Program-made: the position numbers and the translations under genes
In this document: positions 10,770-22,139 of the stretch, one piece after another
Layout: the number at the start of each line of letters is the position of its first letter
Position numbering within the stretch: position 1 is the stretch's first letter
Assembly (NCBI RefSeq): GCF_001194135.2
Contig: NC_069007.1
Location: 3,812,398-3,863,157 of the forward strand
Length of the DNA: 50,760 nt
Origin: Octopus bimaculoides
Lineage: Eukaryota
Reading direction: 5' to 3'
Notes under the pieces: model-generated
What the model was told of the DNA's origin: nothing
The model's database searches: none
The model's input: the letters and a program-made list of their open reading frames with translations, nothing else

Positions 10770-11035
10770 TTTTACTATAGCCCAACCTTGTTAGTGGATT
10801 TGGTATACGGAAACTACCCGAAACTCCATTATATGCTTGTTCCCTACCATAACCGTTTGATAACTGGTGTTCGTTTGTTTACGTTTTCGTAACTTAGCGG
10901 TTCGACAACAGAAACCGGTAGATTAAGTAACCAGACTTTAAAACAAAAATATAAGTACTGGGCTCGATTATTTCGAATAAACTTTTCCAAGCGGGGCTCT
11001 AACATGGCTGCAGTCCAATGATTGAAATTCTCAAA
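10770..11035 (+). mobile_element. SINE family A, degenerate partial copy
   Basis: actatagcc...gtggatttggta.acggaaac...gtaacttagcggttcgac...catggctgcagtccaatgattgaaa. Confidence 0.8.
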
Positions 11036-11391
11036 GATCAATTTTTTTTTTTTTTTTTTTACTAAAATCCGAAAAATTTTGGATGAAAAAAATTCAAGAG
11101 AAATGGAATATAGACTTGATCTAACCACCGAAATGTAATAAAATACCCCCAAATTATTTTGCACGGCACCTCCACCCGTCCCCATTGCAATCTTTCTTTG
11201 ATATCATGGATGTAATAATAATACGTTTGATGTCTTAAAACGTAACAAGTAGGATGTTACAGAGAACGGTAAGTAGCATGACTAAAAACACACACATATA
11301 CTCGTATACTCATATACACATATATATTATATATATATATATGCGTATGTATGTATATATGTGTATATGAGTATATGTGGCGTGTACATGT

Positions 11392-11438
<47 letters not shown>

Positions 11439-11678
11439 TTAAAATAGTAAGGTAAAAAATTGGATATTAATTAATATTAACAATTCGGTCTTAGTAGACG
11501 CATTACATGTGATCTTCTTCTAGCACATTAGCCATCCACCTAGTGGTCTTCTTTATATATACATATATATGTATATATAGTGAATCCAAACAAAGAAGAA
11601 CAAACAAGAAAAAACAACAACGCGAGGACGTGGTACAAGTACTGTATTATCAGACGCTCAGGAAAGGAAAGAAAGAGG

Positions 11679-11714
11679 ATTTAACGTTTCGAGCAAAGCT
11701 CTTCTTCAGAAAAA
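11679..11714 (-). ncRNA. Minimal type I hammerhead ribozyme (Penelope-like-element type) within a dispersed repeat of about 11620-11780
   Basis: Minus strand UUUUU-CUGAAGA-A-GAGC-UUU-GCUC-GAAA-C-GUU-AAAU: full core, 4-bp stem II, loopless palindromic stem III (ACGU), 3-bp stem I. Confidence 0.7.
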
Positions 11715-11984
11715 GTGGAAAGTCCAAAAGAAGGGAAGACGGAGGAAGAAAATCGCCAACGATACACACGTGGTTATATTTTGAATTAACCGGAAGGGAA
11801 TGGGTGAAGTAAAAGTTCTTTCTAAGACACGAGAGTGCAAGAGAAGGAAGTATGTGAATGTGTGGGTATGTGCGTGCGCGCAGGTCTGTGTATATGTGTG
11901 TAATAATAGAATTTGTATGTGCGTATATGTGTGTATGGTTTTGGCTGTTTATATGTGTGTGTGTGTGTGACAGTGGACTTTGTA

Positions 11985-12132
11985 TCGATAAGCAGCAACT
12001 AAACTGTCCAACGAACGGGAACGCGAAACTCTGAGTAACAGCTTCTGTGGTATTTTTGCTGCTTTTCAATAAAGCATATTACTCTACCTCTTGTATTCGA
12101 GTACTATTTTTTCCACCTTGTTTCGCATTTAT
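11985..12132. repeat. Second copy of the 8124-8280 repeat (one arm only)
   Basis: acgaacgggaacgcgaaactctgagtaacag...aataaagcatattactctacctcttgtattcgagtacta...ccaccttgtttcgcatttatg. Confidence 0.8.
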
Positions 12133-12134
12133 GC

Positions 12135-12165
12135 GATACATACATATATATACATACATATATAC

Positions 12166-12198
<33 letters not shown>

Positions 12199-12288
12199 CA
12201 TACATATATACATACATATATACATACATACATATATACATACATACATATATACATACATACATATATACATACATACATATATACA

Positions 12289-12335
<47 letters not shown>

Positions 12336-12340
12336 GTACA
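12135..12340. repeat. (CATA)n/(TA)n microsatellite
   Basis: Direct reading. Confidence 0.95.
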
Positions 12341-12819
12341 CGCAATATACACCCATACCCACAATCATACATCCATATAAACACATATATACGTACACGC
12401 ATACACATACACACACACACACATGCACACACACGAATGTAAATCACAGCACCGAACATAAGGTTACATTAAACACGCGAAACACACGTCGAGGTATTAG
12501 GTAGTTTATTAAAAACGTTAATGTCTGTCGGGTAGAGTACATAGAGATTACCAACCCAGGATATGTTTACAAGGAGGTGAAGTCGTAAAACTAACAAAGT
12601 AATCCAAACAGAAAAATCTAGGTTCTATTTCTGCATTTCTTAAAATAAAACCAACTTGACAAGAACATTCTAGGATGGGTTGCTAAATTTAGCAAACCAT
12701 TTCGATACGGCTCACTGGACGTTTACGGAGTCTTGTGTGTGCATGTGTGCTTGTGCGCGCGCGTGTGTATACATATACATATACATATGTATGCATTTAT
12801 ATGTAATATATATATGTTA

Positions 12820-13210
12820 GACGTAGGCGTGGTTGTGTGGTAAGAAGCTCGCTTCCCAACTACATGATTTGGGTTTCAGTCTCACTGTGTGGCAAGTGTC
12901 TTCTACTATAACCTCGGGCCGACCAAAGCCTTGTGAGTGGATTTGGTAAACGGAAACTGAAAGAAGCCCGTCGTTTATGTATATATATGTATGTTTGTGT
13001 GTCTGTGTTTGTCTCCACAACATCGCTTGACAACCGATGGTGGTGTGTTTACGTCCCCGTAACTTAGCAGTTCGACAAAAAGAGAACGATAGGATAAGTA
13101 CTAGGCTTACAAAGAATAAGTCCTGGGGGGTCGATTTGCTCGACTAGAGGCGGTGCTCCGGCATGGCCACAGTCAAATGACTGAAAAAAGTAAAAGAGAG
13201 TAAAGAGTAT
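12820..13210 (+). mobile_element. SINE family A, near full length (tRNA-like head, internal microsatellite, aaagagt tail)
   Basis: A-box-like tggttgtgtgg and B-box-like ggtttcagtc, then ggcaagtgtcttctactata (CORE-like), (TA)(GT) tract, and 3' catggccacagtcaaatgactgaaaaaagtaaaagag. Confidence 0.9.
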
Positions 13211-13257
13211 ATTCCATTCACCTTCATAATGCCAAGAAACATCGCAAACAACTTTCC

Positions 13258-13675
13258 CAATTTTGGTGTATCGATGCCACTCTGAATTTTAATTACGACC
13301 AACCAATTACTTTATCTCGTAAATTAAAGAATGCAACTTTTGCTATATATATGATAAATATGCAAAATATTAAGACAATTGACGAAAAATAGCTATAAGA
13401 AAATTTTAATTGGTAATTATAAATGTTTATTGAAACAAAACACGCAGGTAAAGTTAAATCGCGTGTTGTGAAGAATCATCACGTGCGGGAGAAACACAAC
13501 GCGTGTGGTTGTCATGGTAACCAAGCTGTTAATGCCTCGCTGTCCGTTGATTGGCTAAAATTACCCAAATTTCCCAAATTTTCATTCCAAATAACATCAG
13601 ATTCTTTGATTTACGAGATAAAGCAATTGGTTGATCGTAATTAAAATTCAGATTAGCATCGATACACCAAAATTG
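13258..13675. mobile_element. MITE/foldback element with 75-bp inverted repeats
   Basis: 13258-13332 and 13601-13675 are reverse complements with 5 mismatches by manual alignment. No TSD recognised. Confidence 0.8.
13480..13557. promoter_or_regulatory. Promoter-like motif cluster inside the MITE: E-box, RFX X-box, CCAAT box
   Basis: CACGTG at 13480-13485; GTTGTCATGGTAAC at 13508-13521 (fits X-box GTHNYY-AT-RRNAAC); TGATTGGCTA at 13548-13557 (NF-Y site on the minus strand). Function is not shown. Confidence 0.45.
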
Positions 13676-13748
13676 AAAGCAATCTGAACAAGATTAAAGG
13701 GGCTCGTTTTGCGAATGAGAAAGACTTGATACCTGCAATCGCCTATCC

Positions 13749-14022
13749 TCTTTTACTCTTTTACTTGTTTCAGTCATTTGACTGCGGCCATGCTGGAGCA
13801 CCACCTTTAGTCGAGCAAATCGACCCCAGGATGCCTAGTACTTATTCTATCGGTCTATTTTGCCGAACCGCTANNNNNNNNNNCACACATATATACGACG
13901 GGCTTCTTTCAGTTTCCGTCTACCAAATTCACTCACAAGGCTTTGGTCGGCCCGAGGCCATAGTAGAAGACACTTGCCCAAGGTGCCATGCAGTAGGACT
14001 GAACCCGGAGCCACGTGGTTCG
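13749..14022 (-). mobile_element. SINE family A, near full length
   Basis: Reverse complement of the 12820-13210 pattern. The internal microsatellite coincides with a 10-N gap. Confidence 0.9.
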
Positions 14023-14449
14023 CCTCTATTATTGATTCCGTTATCATTTTTAATTTTTCCACTAGATAATAATAGAGTCTATAATACCTTCGCAAATAGT
14101 TTCTCCTGGAATATTTGCTCTGTATTGAAATACATATAATGTACATATACTCATATAAGTTAGGATTGTTTAAACGTTCAAGTGGTAGGCTCGAAGTGTT
14201 TAAGCAACCAGGGAATAATTAAATCCGAAGACACTCCTGGAGATTACCTGTGTGGGTACCGTCTTTGTTAGAAGGTATCCAGAGGCAGGTAATTTATCCT
14301 GTAAACCGCAGTTTATAAGTTTAATCATGTGGAGAAACAAACACAAGAAGCAGGTCGATTGCGCTAGTTAGCTATTAATTTAATCAATTAGGTAGAGATT
14401 ATGATATACTGTATTACGTGTGTGTGTGTGGGGGGGGTGTATGTTTGTT

Positions 14450-14640
14450 CCCAGCGACCGCTTGATAACCGATATTGGTGTGTTTACGTCCCCGTTACAT
14501 TAGCAGTTCGGTAAAAGAACCGATTAAGTACCAAGTTAAAAAAAAAAAAAATACTTGTGTTAATTTGTTCGATTAAAATTCTTCAAGGCAGTGCCTCCAG
14601 TATGGCCGCAGTCTAATGACTGAAACAAAAGATAAAAGAT
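14450..14640 (+). mobile_element. SINE family A, 3' half
   Basis: cgcttgataaccgat..ggtgtgtttacgtcccc...agtatggccgcagtctaatgactgaaacaaaagataaaagat. Confidence 0.85.
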
Positions 14641-15104
14641 CTGTGTGTGTATGTGTGTATGTGTGTGTGTGTGTATGTGTGTGTGTGCGTGCGCTGTTTT
14701 CTTTTCCTTCGGGCGTAGTGTATATAAGACTGAACGATTCAATATGTGTTCCTTGAGACAATACGGGAAAGATTTAGCTGTTATTTCTAGCAGATTGAGA
14801 TTCTACCGGGCAGAGGCTCTGTAATTCTTAACCAGCCTAGAAGAGTGTGTGTGTGTGGGGGGGGGGTGTATGTTTGTTCNNNNNNNNNNNNNNNNNNNNN
14901 NNNNNNNNNNNNNNNNNNNNNNNNNNTGGGGGGGGGGATGAAACGGAGAAGCAGTGAGTAAACTTTTAAAAAGTAAATAGACAAAGTAAGAAAGTTAGTC
15001 ATTTCCCCTTCTAGGAAATTTTTTCTTAAAAAACCCGGAAATGAAGAATAAAACGATCCTACAGACATTTTAACCTGTATTAAGGTTTCTGTAGCTACAA
15101 AGCC

Positions 15105-15345
15105 GCCGCCACCACCATATGCATCATCACAAACATCTCACAATCACAGCCGCCGCCGCCACCATCTTCACCAGCGCCGTCGCTATTATCTTCATCACCA
15201 CAAAGAGTACTATCACCGCCGCTGCCGACACTACCACCACCATCACAGCCGCCGTCGGCATCATCACGAATAGCACTTTCACCTCCACCACCACCACAAT
15301 CATAATCACCACCGCCGTCGCCGCCATCCATTATTTCTGCTGCTG
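15105..15345. repeat. (CAC/CAT/GCC)n low-complexity tract
   Basis: Direct reading. Confidence 0.85.
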
Positions 15346-15511
15346 TTTAACTTTTATACGCCATCTTTCAACAGATTGTAAGCTATCAATTAATGTTCGT
15401 GTGTAATATACGTGTGTAACAGATGAATCTATAAGATAACGATACAAGATATAGCTTATAAATGCGCTTTAATATATCATCTTCTCGAACATATAGCTTT
15501 ATGCTTGGATG

Positions 15512-15890
15512 TAAGCCGTCGCAGTGCGGTAAGAAGTTTGATTCCCAACCACATAGTTCCGGGATCGGTCCCACCGCGTGGCATCTTGGGCAAGTGTCAT
15601 CTACTATAGACCCAGGTTGACCAAAGACTTGTGAGTGAATTTGGTCGACGAAAACTGAAAGAAGCCTGTGTCTATCTGTCTGTTTGCCCCCCACCCCACC
15701 CTTACCGCTTGATAACCGGTGTTGGTGTGTTTATATCCCCGTAATATTAGCGGTTCGGCAAAAGAGATCTGATGGAATATGTACTAAGTTTAACAATAAA
15801 TAAATAAAATAGTGTGAGTGACGATTTGTTCGACTAATATCTTTCAAGGTGTGCTGCAGCATGGCCACAGTCAAATGACAGAAAGAAAAT
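15512..15890 (+). mobile_element. SINE family A, near full length
   Basis: gcggtaagaagtttgattcccaaccac...ttgggcaagtgtc...gcatggccacagtcaaatgac. Confidence 0.9.
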
Positions 15891-16974
15891 GTGTGCATAT
15901 ATATATATATATATATGTAGTTAGATTAATATGGTTCTTTTCATTTATGTGTGTGCGGATGGCTATGTATGTGTTTCTTTGTGATTATGTGTGAGTGTGT
16001 ATGCGTGTGTGTGTGCGCGCGCGCCACGAGTGTCCACGCACGGTTTGCCTAAGCGTCTCTGCCAATGATGAGTGTGTGTGTGTGGCTGGGAATTATCTGT
16101 GTGAATGTGTGCGTGTGCGTGTATGTGTGTGTGTGTGCGCGCGTGTCAATATGTGAGGTTCGGCTCAGAGATATCTGTGTGTGCATGTGTGCAAGCGTTT
16201 GTAAGTGTGTATATGTGTGTGTGTGGGAGTGAGTGCATGCCTGCTTCAGTATGTTTATGGGGTGGGTAAGATGATATGTGGTTGGGAGTGATCGCGTGCC
16301 TTACGTGTAAATACGCGTGCGTGAGTATGTGTGTGTGTCTTTGTACGTTTGTGTGTGTATGTGTATGGGAATTATCGTATGCCTGTTTCTCTGTAAAAGT
16401 GTGTCTGTGTGTTAGCGAATAATTCCGCGTCTGCTCCCTTCTATGTGTGTATATGTTTGTATTTGTTTTGTATATAGTGGTGTGAATACGTGCTTGCTTC
16501 TATATGTGTCTATGTAAATGCGTACGGTGTGTGTGTGCTTCTCTATGTAAATATGTATGTATGTGTGAGTGTATATAGAGTCGTGTTGGGTTTCATCTTC
16601 CTTACATATTTGCCCGTTAGGGTGGTAATTTGCAGGAAAGAAATTTCTCACACCGTGAAAGCAGCAATAATAATAATAATAATAATTATGATGATGATGA
16701 TGATAATAATTTTATATTTGTACTCCCCCCCCCACTTCCGCCTTCTTTCCTTTGTCGGCCTCCTCCCCCTCCGTGTTATCTTTCTCTCACAGCCTCTGTC
16801 GTTCTGGAAGCTGTTCGTTTTCCTTATTCCTTTATTCCTCCTCTCATACGCACACACATACACACACGTATACATAAATGCATACACACACACGTACATA
16901 TATATACATACTTACACGGGATGATACGTATATAGGAAGAGGAAATAACCAAATACCTAATGCACAAAAGGGAC

Positions 16975-17520
16975 GGAGACACAAGAAAATTACCAGACAT
17001 AGTGATTTGGGACAGAGAAGTGAGAATTATGTACAGTAATGGAAATTAGCTGCCCGGTAGATGTCAACGTAAAGCTAAAGATAGTAAAAAAGAAAAAGAA
17101 AAAAAAAAACTTACGCGATTAAGAAATTTACTGTTACTCTAACCAGGTTACAAGTTCAGGTTTATACTTGTAATTATTTGGATTCTGGGATGTGTCACAA
17201 ACTGCCTAAGCAGCAATCTTGAGAAATTAAGCTTCTCAAAACCAGAAAGGAGAATGCTGATTCGAAGACTACAGATCTAATCCATCACTGGAAACTATAA
17301 AAATCTGTAAAACTTTCCAGAAGTTTATCATTTAAATATATATGAGCATGTCTAGACATGCAACTATATGCAGGAGACTACATACGTAAAACAAAACATG
17401 CAAACCTGCACATGCACTAACCGCAAATATTGCACACATACATAGCCACATGTACAAATACCTTCTTGATGTTGAAATTCCAATGTAGGAACCTTGGAAT
17501 TAGGTTAAAATTACTATTTT
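16975..17520 (+). mobile_element. R4/Dong-clade LINE 3' end (RLE domain plus 3' UTR), decayed
   Basis: Manual translation: PDIVIWDRE / LCTVMEISCPVDVNVKLKI / RNLLLL..GYKFRFILVII.ILG..NLEKLSFSKPERRMLIRRLQI. This is a PD-(D/E)XK-type RLE. A second copy lies at 35600-36060. Confidence 0.85.
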
Positions 17521-18069
17521 ATTAGTTTTAGTCAACAGACTGCGGCCATGCGCTGTTTATCTCACCACTGCTATGATTTTGTTGTCATCCCCTCACTGCT
17601 AATAGACAACAGGTGATGAAAGTTTATTAACATACCTTTCATATTTCTAGGAGAATATTTCATTTAGATAATTACAAAACAATTTCTCTCATCAAAGATG
17701 ATACAGTCATTTAATTATGTAAGAAACCTATCAGGTGTGGGTTATTTATATATACGGGAGAAGATGGTTTGTGATTTCATGAGATGATGTGAACTCCCCA
17801 CCCCACTTAACTACCGATGTACCATAAACAATTTTTCACAAGTTTGTTCTTACTAATTGTGACGATTTGGCTTGTTTTCAATATTCTATTATTAGTAACA
17901 ATTGTGTCTAGCGAAATTATGATCATTTGAGGCCCTATCCAAGGGCGCTCAGACTCCCATTTGAAATAATAAGGCCCCTTGAGACACAGAGCAATGCTTT
18001 GATAGATTTATGAATAAAAACCAGTGTTTCACATGCAAGCAAATACATATTTGTAGGTCATTGAGTATT

Positions 18070-18436
18070 TGATGGCTTTGAGGTAAGAAGCTTGCTTCCC
18101 AAACACATGGTTCCGGGTTCAGTCCCACTGCATGTTGCCTTGAGCAAGTATCTTCTATTATAGCCTAGGACTGACCAAAGCCTTGTGAGTAGATTTGGTT
18201 GATGGAAACTGAAAGAAGTCCGTCGTATGTATATGTGTGTGTGTGTGTGTTTGTCTTCACACCACTTGACAACCGGTGCTGGTGTGTTTACATCCCCATA
18301 ACTTAGCAGTTCGCAAAAATATGATTGAATATGTACCTGGCTTTTAAAAAAATAAGTACTGGAATCGATACGTTCAGCTAAAATTTTTTCAATGCGATGC
18401 CCCAGCATGGCCGCAGTCTAATAACTGAAACAAGTT
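18070..18436 (+). mobile_element. SINE family A, near full length
   Basis: ggtaagaagcttgcttcccaaacacatggttccgggttcagtccc...cagcatggccgcagtctaataactgaaacaag. Confidence 0.9.
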
Positions 18437-18453
18437 NNNNNNNNNNNNNNNNN

Positions 18454-18501
<48 letters not shown>

Positions 18502-18508
18502 TCCTCTC

Positions 18509-18865
18509 TCACGCATGGCTCAGTGGTTAGAGCGGCGTCGGGCTCACAATCATGAGATGTGTTCCACTGCCGGACCAGGCTGTGTGTTGAGTTCTTGAGC
18601 AAGACACTTTACTTCATGTCGTTCCAGTTCACTCAGTTGTAGAAATGAGTCGCGATGTCACTGGTGCCAAGCTGTATTGGCCCCTTTGCCTTTCTTTTGG
18701 ACAACATTCGTGGCGTGGAGAGGGGAAGTTGGTATGCATGGACAACTGCTGGTCTTCCACAAACAACCTTGCCCAGACTTGTGCCTCGGAGGGGAACTTT
18801 CTAGGTGCAGTCCTATGGTCATTCATGACCGAAAGGGGAGAGGGGGGTCTTTACCCTTTACCCTT
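18509..18865 (+). mobile_element. SINE family C (tRNA-derived), near full length
   Basis: A-box tggctcagtgg; central ttgagcaagacactttac..gttccagttcactcag..gtagaaatgag; tail gggtctttacccttta. Confidence 0.85.
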
Positions 18866-19154
18866 TTTACACACACACACACACATATTTAGAATAAAGT
18901 AGAAAAGCATGTGTTATATAATTTTAAACGAGGGTGCTTCTATGTGGTCACTTTTTCTGCTAGAAGTAGCAAACAACTCATATTTTGCCTTGTCTTAGAA
19001 AAGAAATGACCCAATAGACGACGTAGACTAAGGTACACGATGCCTGGGAATTTATAAAAAATAAGGTTAATGGTGATGGCTTGAACGCTTTCGTTTATAG
19101 ATATGCGCCAGGTTACTTTGGATGGTCATTGTTGGGACGGCTTGCTCGATATAT

Positions 19155-19960
19155 CACCACCATGATCACTATTACTACTATCATTACGACCACCATGACT
19201 ACTACCACCGCCATCAATAATCCACCACCTTCGTCACCAGCACTACCACCTTACTGAGATTATTACCAACACCACCATCACCGCGTCCATCAGGACCACC
19301 ACCACCACCAAATTCATCAACACCACCATCACCGTCACCAGCATCACAAACTATCATGATCACCGCTATCACACCCCCAAAACACACACACACACACCAT
19401 CACGACTAAAACTTTAGTCATTGAGCCTGCTACCACCATCACCACCTCCCCCCCCCCCGTACGATCACATCCACGACCATCATTCGCCGACGCCACTATC
19501 ACCATCAGCATAATCATCACAGCGTCAACGATGACCACCACCACCACCACCACCACCGCTAGCACTACTTTCACCTCCATCTCCACCCCCACTGGTAATA
19601 TCATTGACACCGCTACAGGCACCACCACCACCACCACCACCACGTCTAGGTCTATAATCAGTGACACCGCTACCACCGTTATCTCCACCACCACCACCAC
19701 CACCAGTACTATCATCACTACTACCACGACCCATCTTCAACACCGCCACCACCACCATTACCATATACATCATCACTGCCACGACGACGATGACGACCAC
19801 CACCACCCTCACCGCAGTCACCACCTCCACGACTAGACCTATAGTCATTGACACCGCTACCCTTCGCCGCCATCATCACCACCACCACTACAATCATTAC
19901 CACCACCATCACCATCTTTTTCACCGCCGCCACCACCACCATCATCACTACGGCTGTCAT
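19155..19960. repeat. Long degenerate (CAC/CAT)n tract
   Basis: Direct reading. It is the source of the poly-T/H/V/G ORFs. Confidence 0.9.
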
Positions 19961-20103
19961 TAACATAATATATTAGTTTTCTTAGGCGACATGTCTATAT
20001 TTGGGGGAGATTTTACAGAAGAAACGCTGAACTGACTGAAGAAGAAGAAGAAGATGGCGGTGGGGGTGTAGATGCAGGAGGAGATAACGGCGGGGAGAAA
20101 ACT

Positions 20104-20134
<31 letters not shown>

Positions 20135-20650
20135 TATGTATGTTGCATGTGTCTACGTTTCTCTACGTTCTTGTGTGTGTGTATGTTTGTGTGTGTGTGC
20201 GCGTGTGTGAGTGTGTACGTCTGCATGTATAAGTTAACAGGCGCGTTTCCAAAGCATGTGTTCGTGAGTGTGTGTATGTGTGTATGCGCGCGCGTGTATA
20301 CATATATTATATATATGTGTGTATGTGTATGTATGCGTGCATGTGCGTCTGTGTGTGTGTATATGTGCACGTATATATATATAAATGTCTGTAATATGTC
20401 AATGTATGTTTATTTGCTACGTAATATTATTACGTATATCTATTATGTAAATAATAAATATATATACAGAGATACCTGTATATGTGTAATAATGTAGGCT
20501 TGTTTGTATATATAGATACACATACACACACATATACAGATGCATTATGTAATAAACAAGTATATATAGAAATGTGTGTATATGTGTGTGTTTGAGAAGT
20601 CAATATTATTGCAATACCGAATTATACACACACAAGTGTAATTATATGCG

Positions 20651-20681
<31 letters not shown>

Positions 20682-21165
20682 GCGTGTCTATACAAATGTG
20701 TTTGTTTATTTATATGTAGTCATACGTACATGATATGTATAGTATCTGCAATACCTGCTTGTTTCAATGTGTTAAGGTTGGTGAAGCAGTTTGGATGGGA
20801 GATGCTGGGATGTACCAGTGACGTACCACTGTTTATATGTACTCGTTATGTACTCGTTCTGTACTCTGTATGTACCTCGTGGCCGCTCTATGCTTAGTAT
20901 GTGTCAATTGTGTGGTAGCATTGACAGTATAATATATACGTGTGTTATGGAATGCGGTTATGTATGTGCTTCATATTTATGTGAATGTAAGTTCATGTGT
21001 GTGTGTGTGTGGGGGGGTTATGTGCGTATTACTGTAGGTTCTTATGTATACGAAAGTGGTGGCTTAGTATAAGGTGAAGGGCTTTTGCAAAGTGAATCTG
21101 TTCATTATTGATACACATATTTTTTTGTATGCACACATGCAACCATCAATCCATCCACAGAATCA

Positions 21166-21203
<38 letters not shown>

Positions 21204-21346
21204 CACACACTCACACACATACACACACACACACCCACGTGTGTGTGGTTCAGAATTATACAAAAACAAAAAGGTACAAAAGACAGAAATAGGTAAGGGA
21301 AAAGTAAACAAGTGTGTTAATTTGACGTTCAGGAAACACGAAGGAA

Positions 21347-21384
21347 ATCGTTGACGTTTCGAGCCTACGCTCTTCTCCGGAAAG
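21347..21384 (-). ncRNA. Core-mutated minimal hammerhead, same family as 11679-11714
   Basis: Minus strand CUUU-CCGGAGA-A-GAGC-GUAG-GCUC-GAAA-C-GUC-AAC. Stem II and GAAACGUC are intact, but CUGANGA has become CCGGAGA. Confidence 0.55.
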
Positions 21385-22059
21385 GAATGCAGAGAGAAAA
21401 CAGATGGAGAGAGGAAGAAAGATGAATAAACAACGTATTTGAATTAACGGTTATACATGTTGAATTGGCCGGCCCGGAAGAAAAGAAGGAACGGAGTGTA
21501 TATATATATATACATGTGTGTGTGTACGAACGCATGTATATACATACATACATACATACATACATACATACGTATAAAATGCTTAATCGATAATTAATTC
21601 GACAAGGTATATTTTGTTGGACTTATTGTCATGGATTAAACATCTTATTCACTCCTAAAGACAACTCTCCAAGTACTTTATTCGGCGTCACTTTAGCGTG
21701 TGGTCTCGCTGTCCATTTATACTTTAGCGTGCAGTCTAATCTCAACCCTAACCGTAAACTTAACCCAGATCAGGTCATTTGACAAAGTAGACTCCGGATG
21801 CTGCGGTAGAAGAACCCTCTTTATTGTAAGTGTATGGACATTGCTTCTTTCAAACATATTACCCTCTGGAAAACACACACACACACACACACACACACGA
21901 TACAGCTGTACCAATTCTATCTTGATTAGCTCAATAATCCTAACTTAATACCGAGCAACGCTGGGCTATACAAAAACAACAAAATAATGGGTTCATTAGG
22001 TTAAGTTTTATTTGAGAAATACAGTTGCTTTGAATTTGCTTCAGAAAGAGGTCTATGCT

Positions 22060-22139
22060 TGTGATGGGGGATGGAGGCGCTAGGAATGTGAGCTGGTTGT
22101 GGAGGTGGGCGGCAGTCCAAAAACGTTTGGGAACCACTG
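22060..22139. mobile_element. hAT (Charlie-like) MITE right end
   Basis: Ends tttgggaaccactg, the same TIR type as 31419-31565. Left TIR not seen. Confidence 0.5.

Noticed and set aside
12820-12900. tRNA-like A and B boxes (here and at 18509, 41100-41190, 43990-44050)
   Set aside because: These are SINE heads followed by SINE bodies; no complete cloverleaf or terminator, so they are not tRNA genes.
14844-14879. Repeat of the (GT)nG8-10 tgtatgtttgttc sequence seen at 14418-14450
   Set aside because: It ends at a gap edge and is mostly low complexity; probably a mis-joined or second SINE fragment.
19344-20000. Poly-Thr/His/Gly/Val ORFs resembling mucins or His-rich proteins (also 4489-4988 and 15095-15406)
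   Set aside because: Degenerate (CAC)n tracts are open in several frames on both strands; no splice signals or unique coding flanks.
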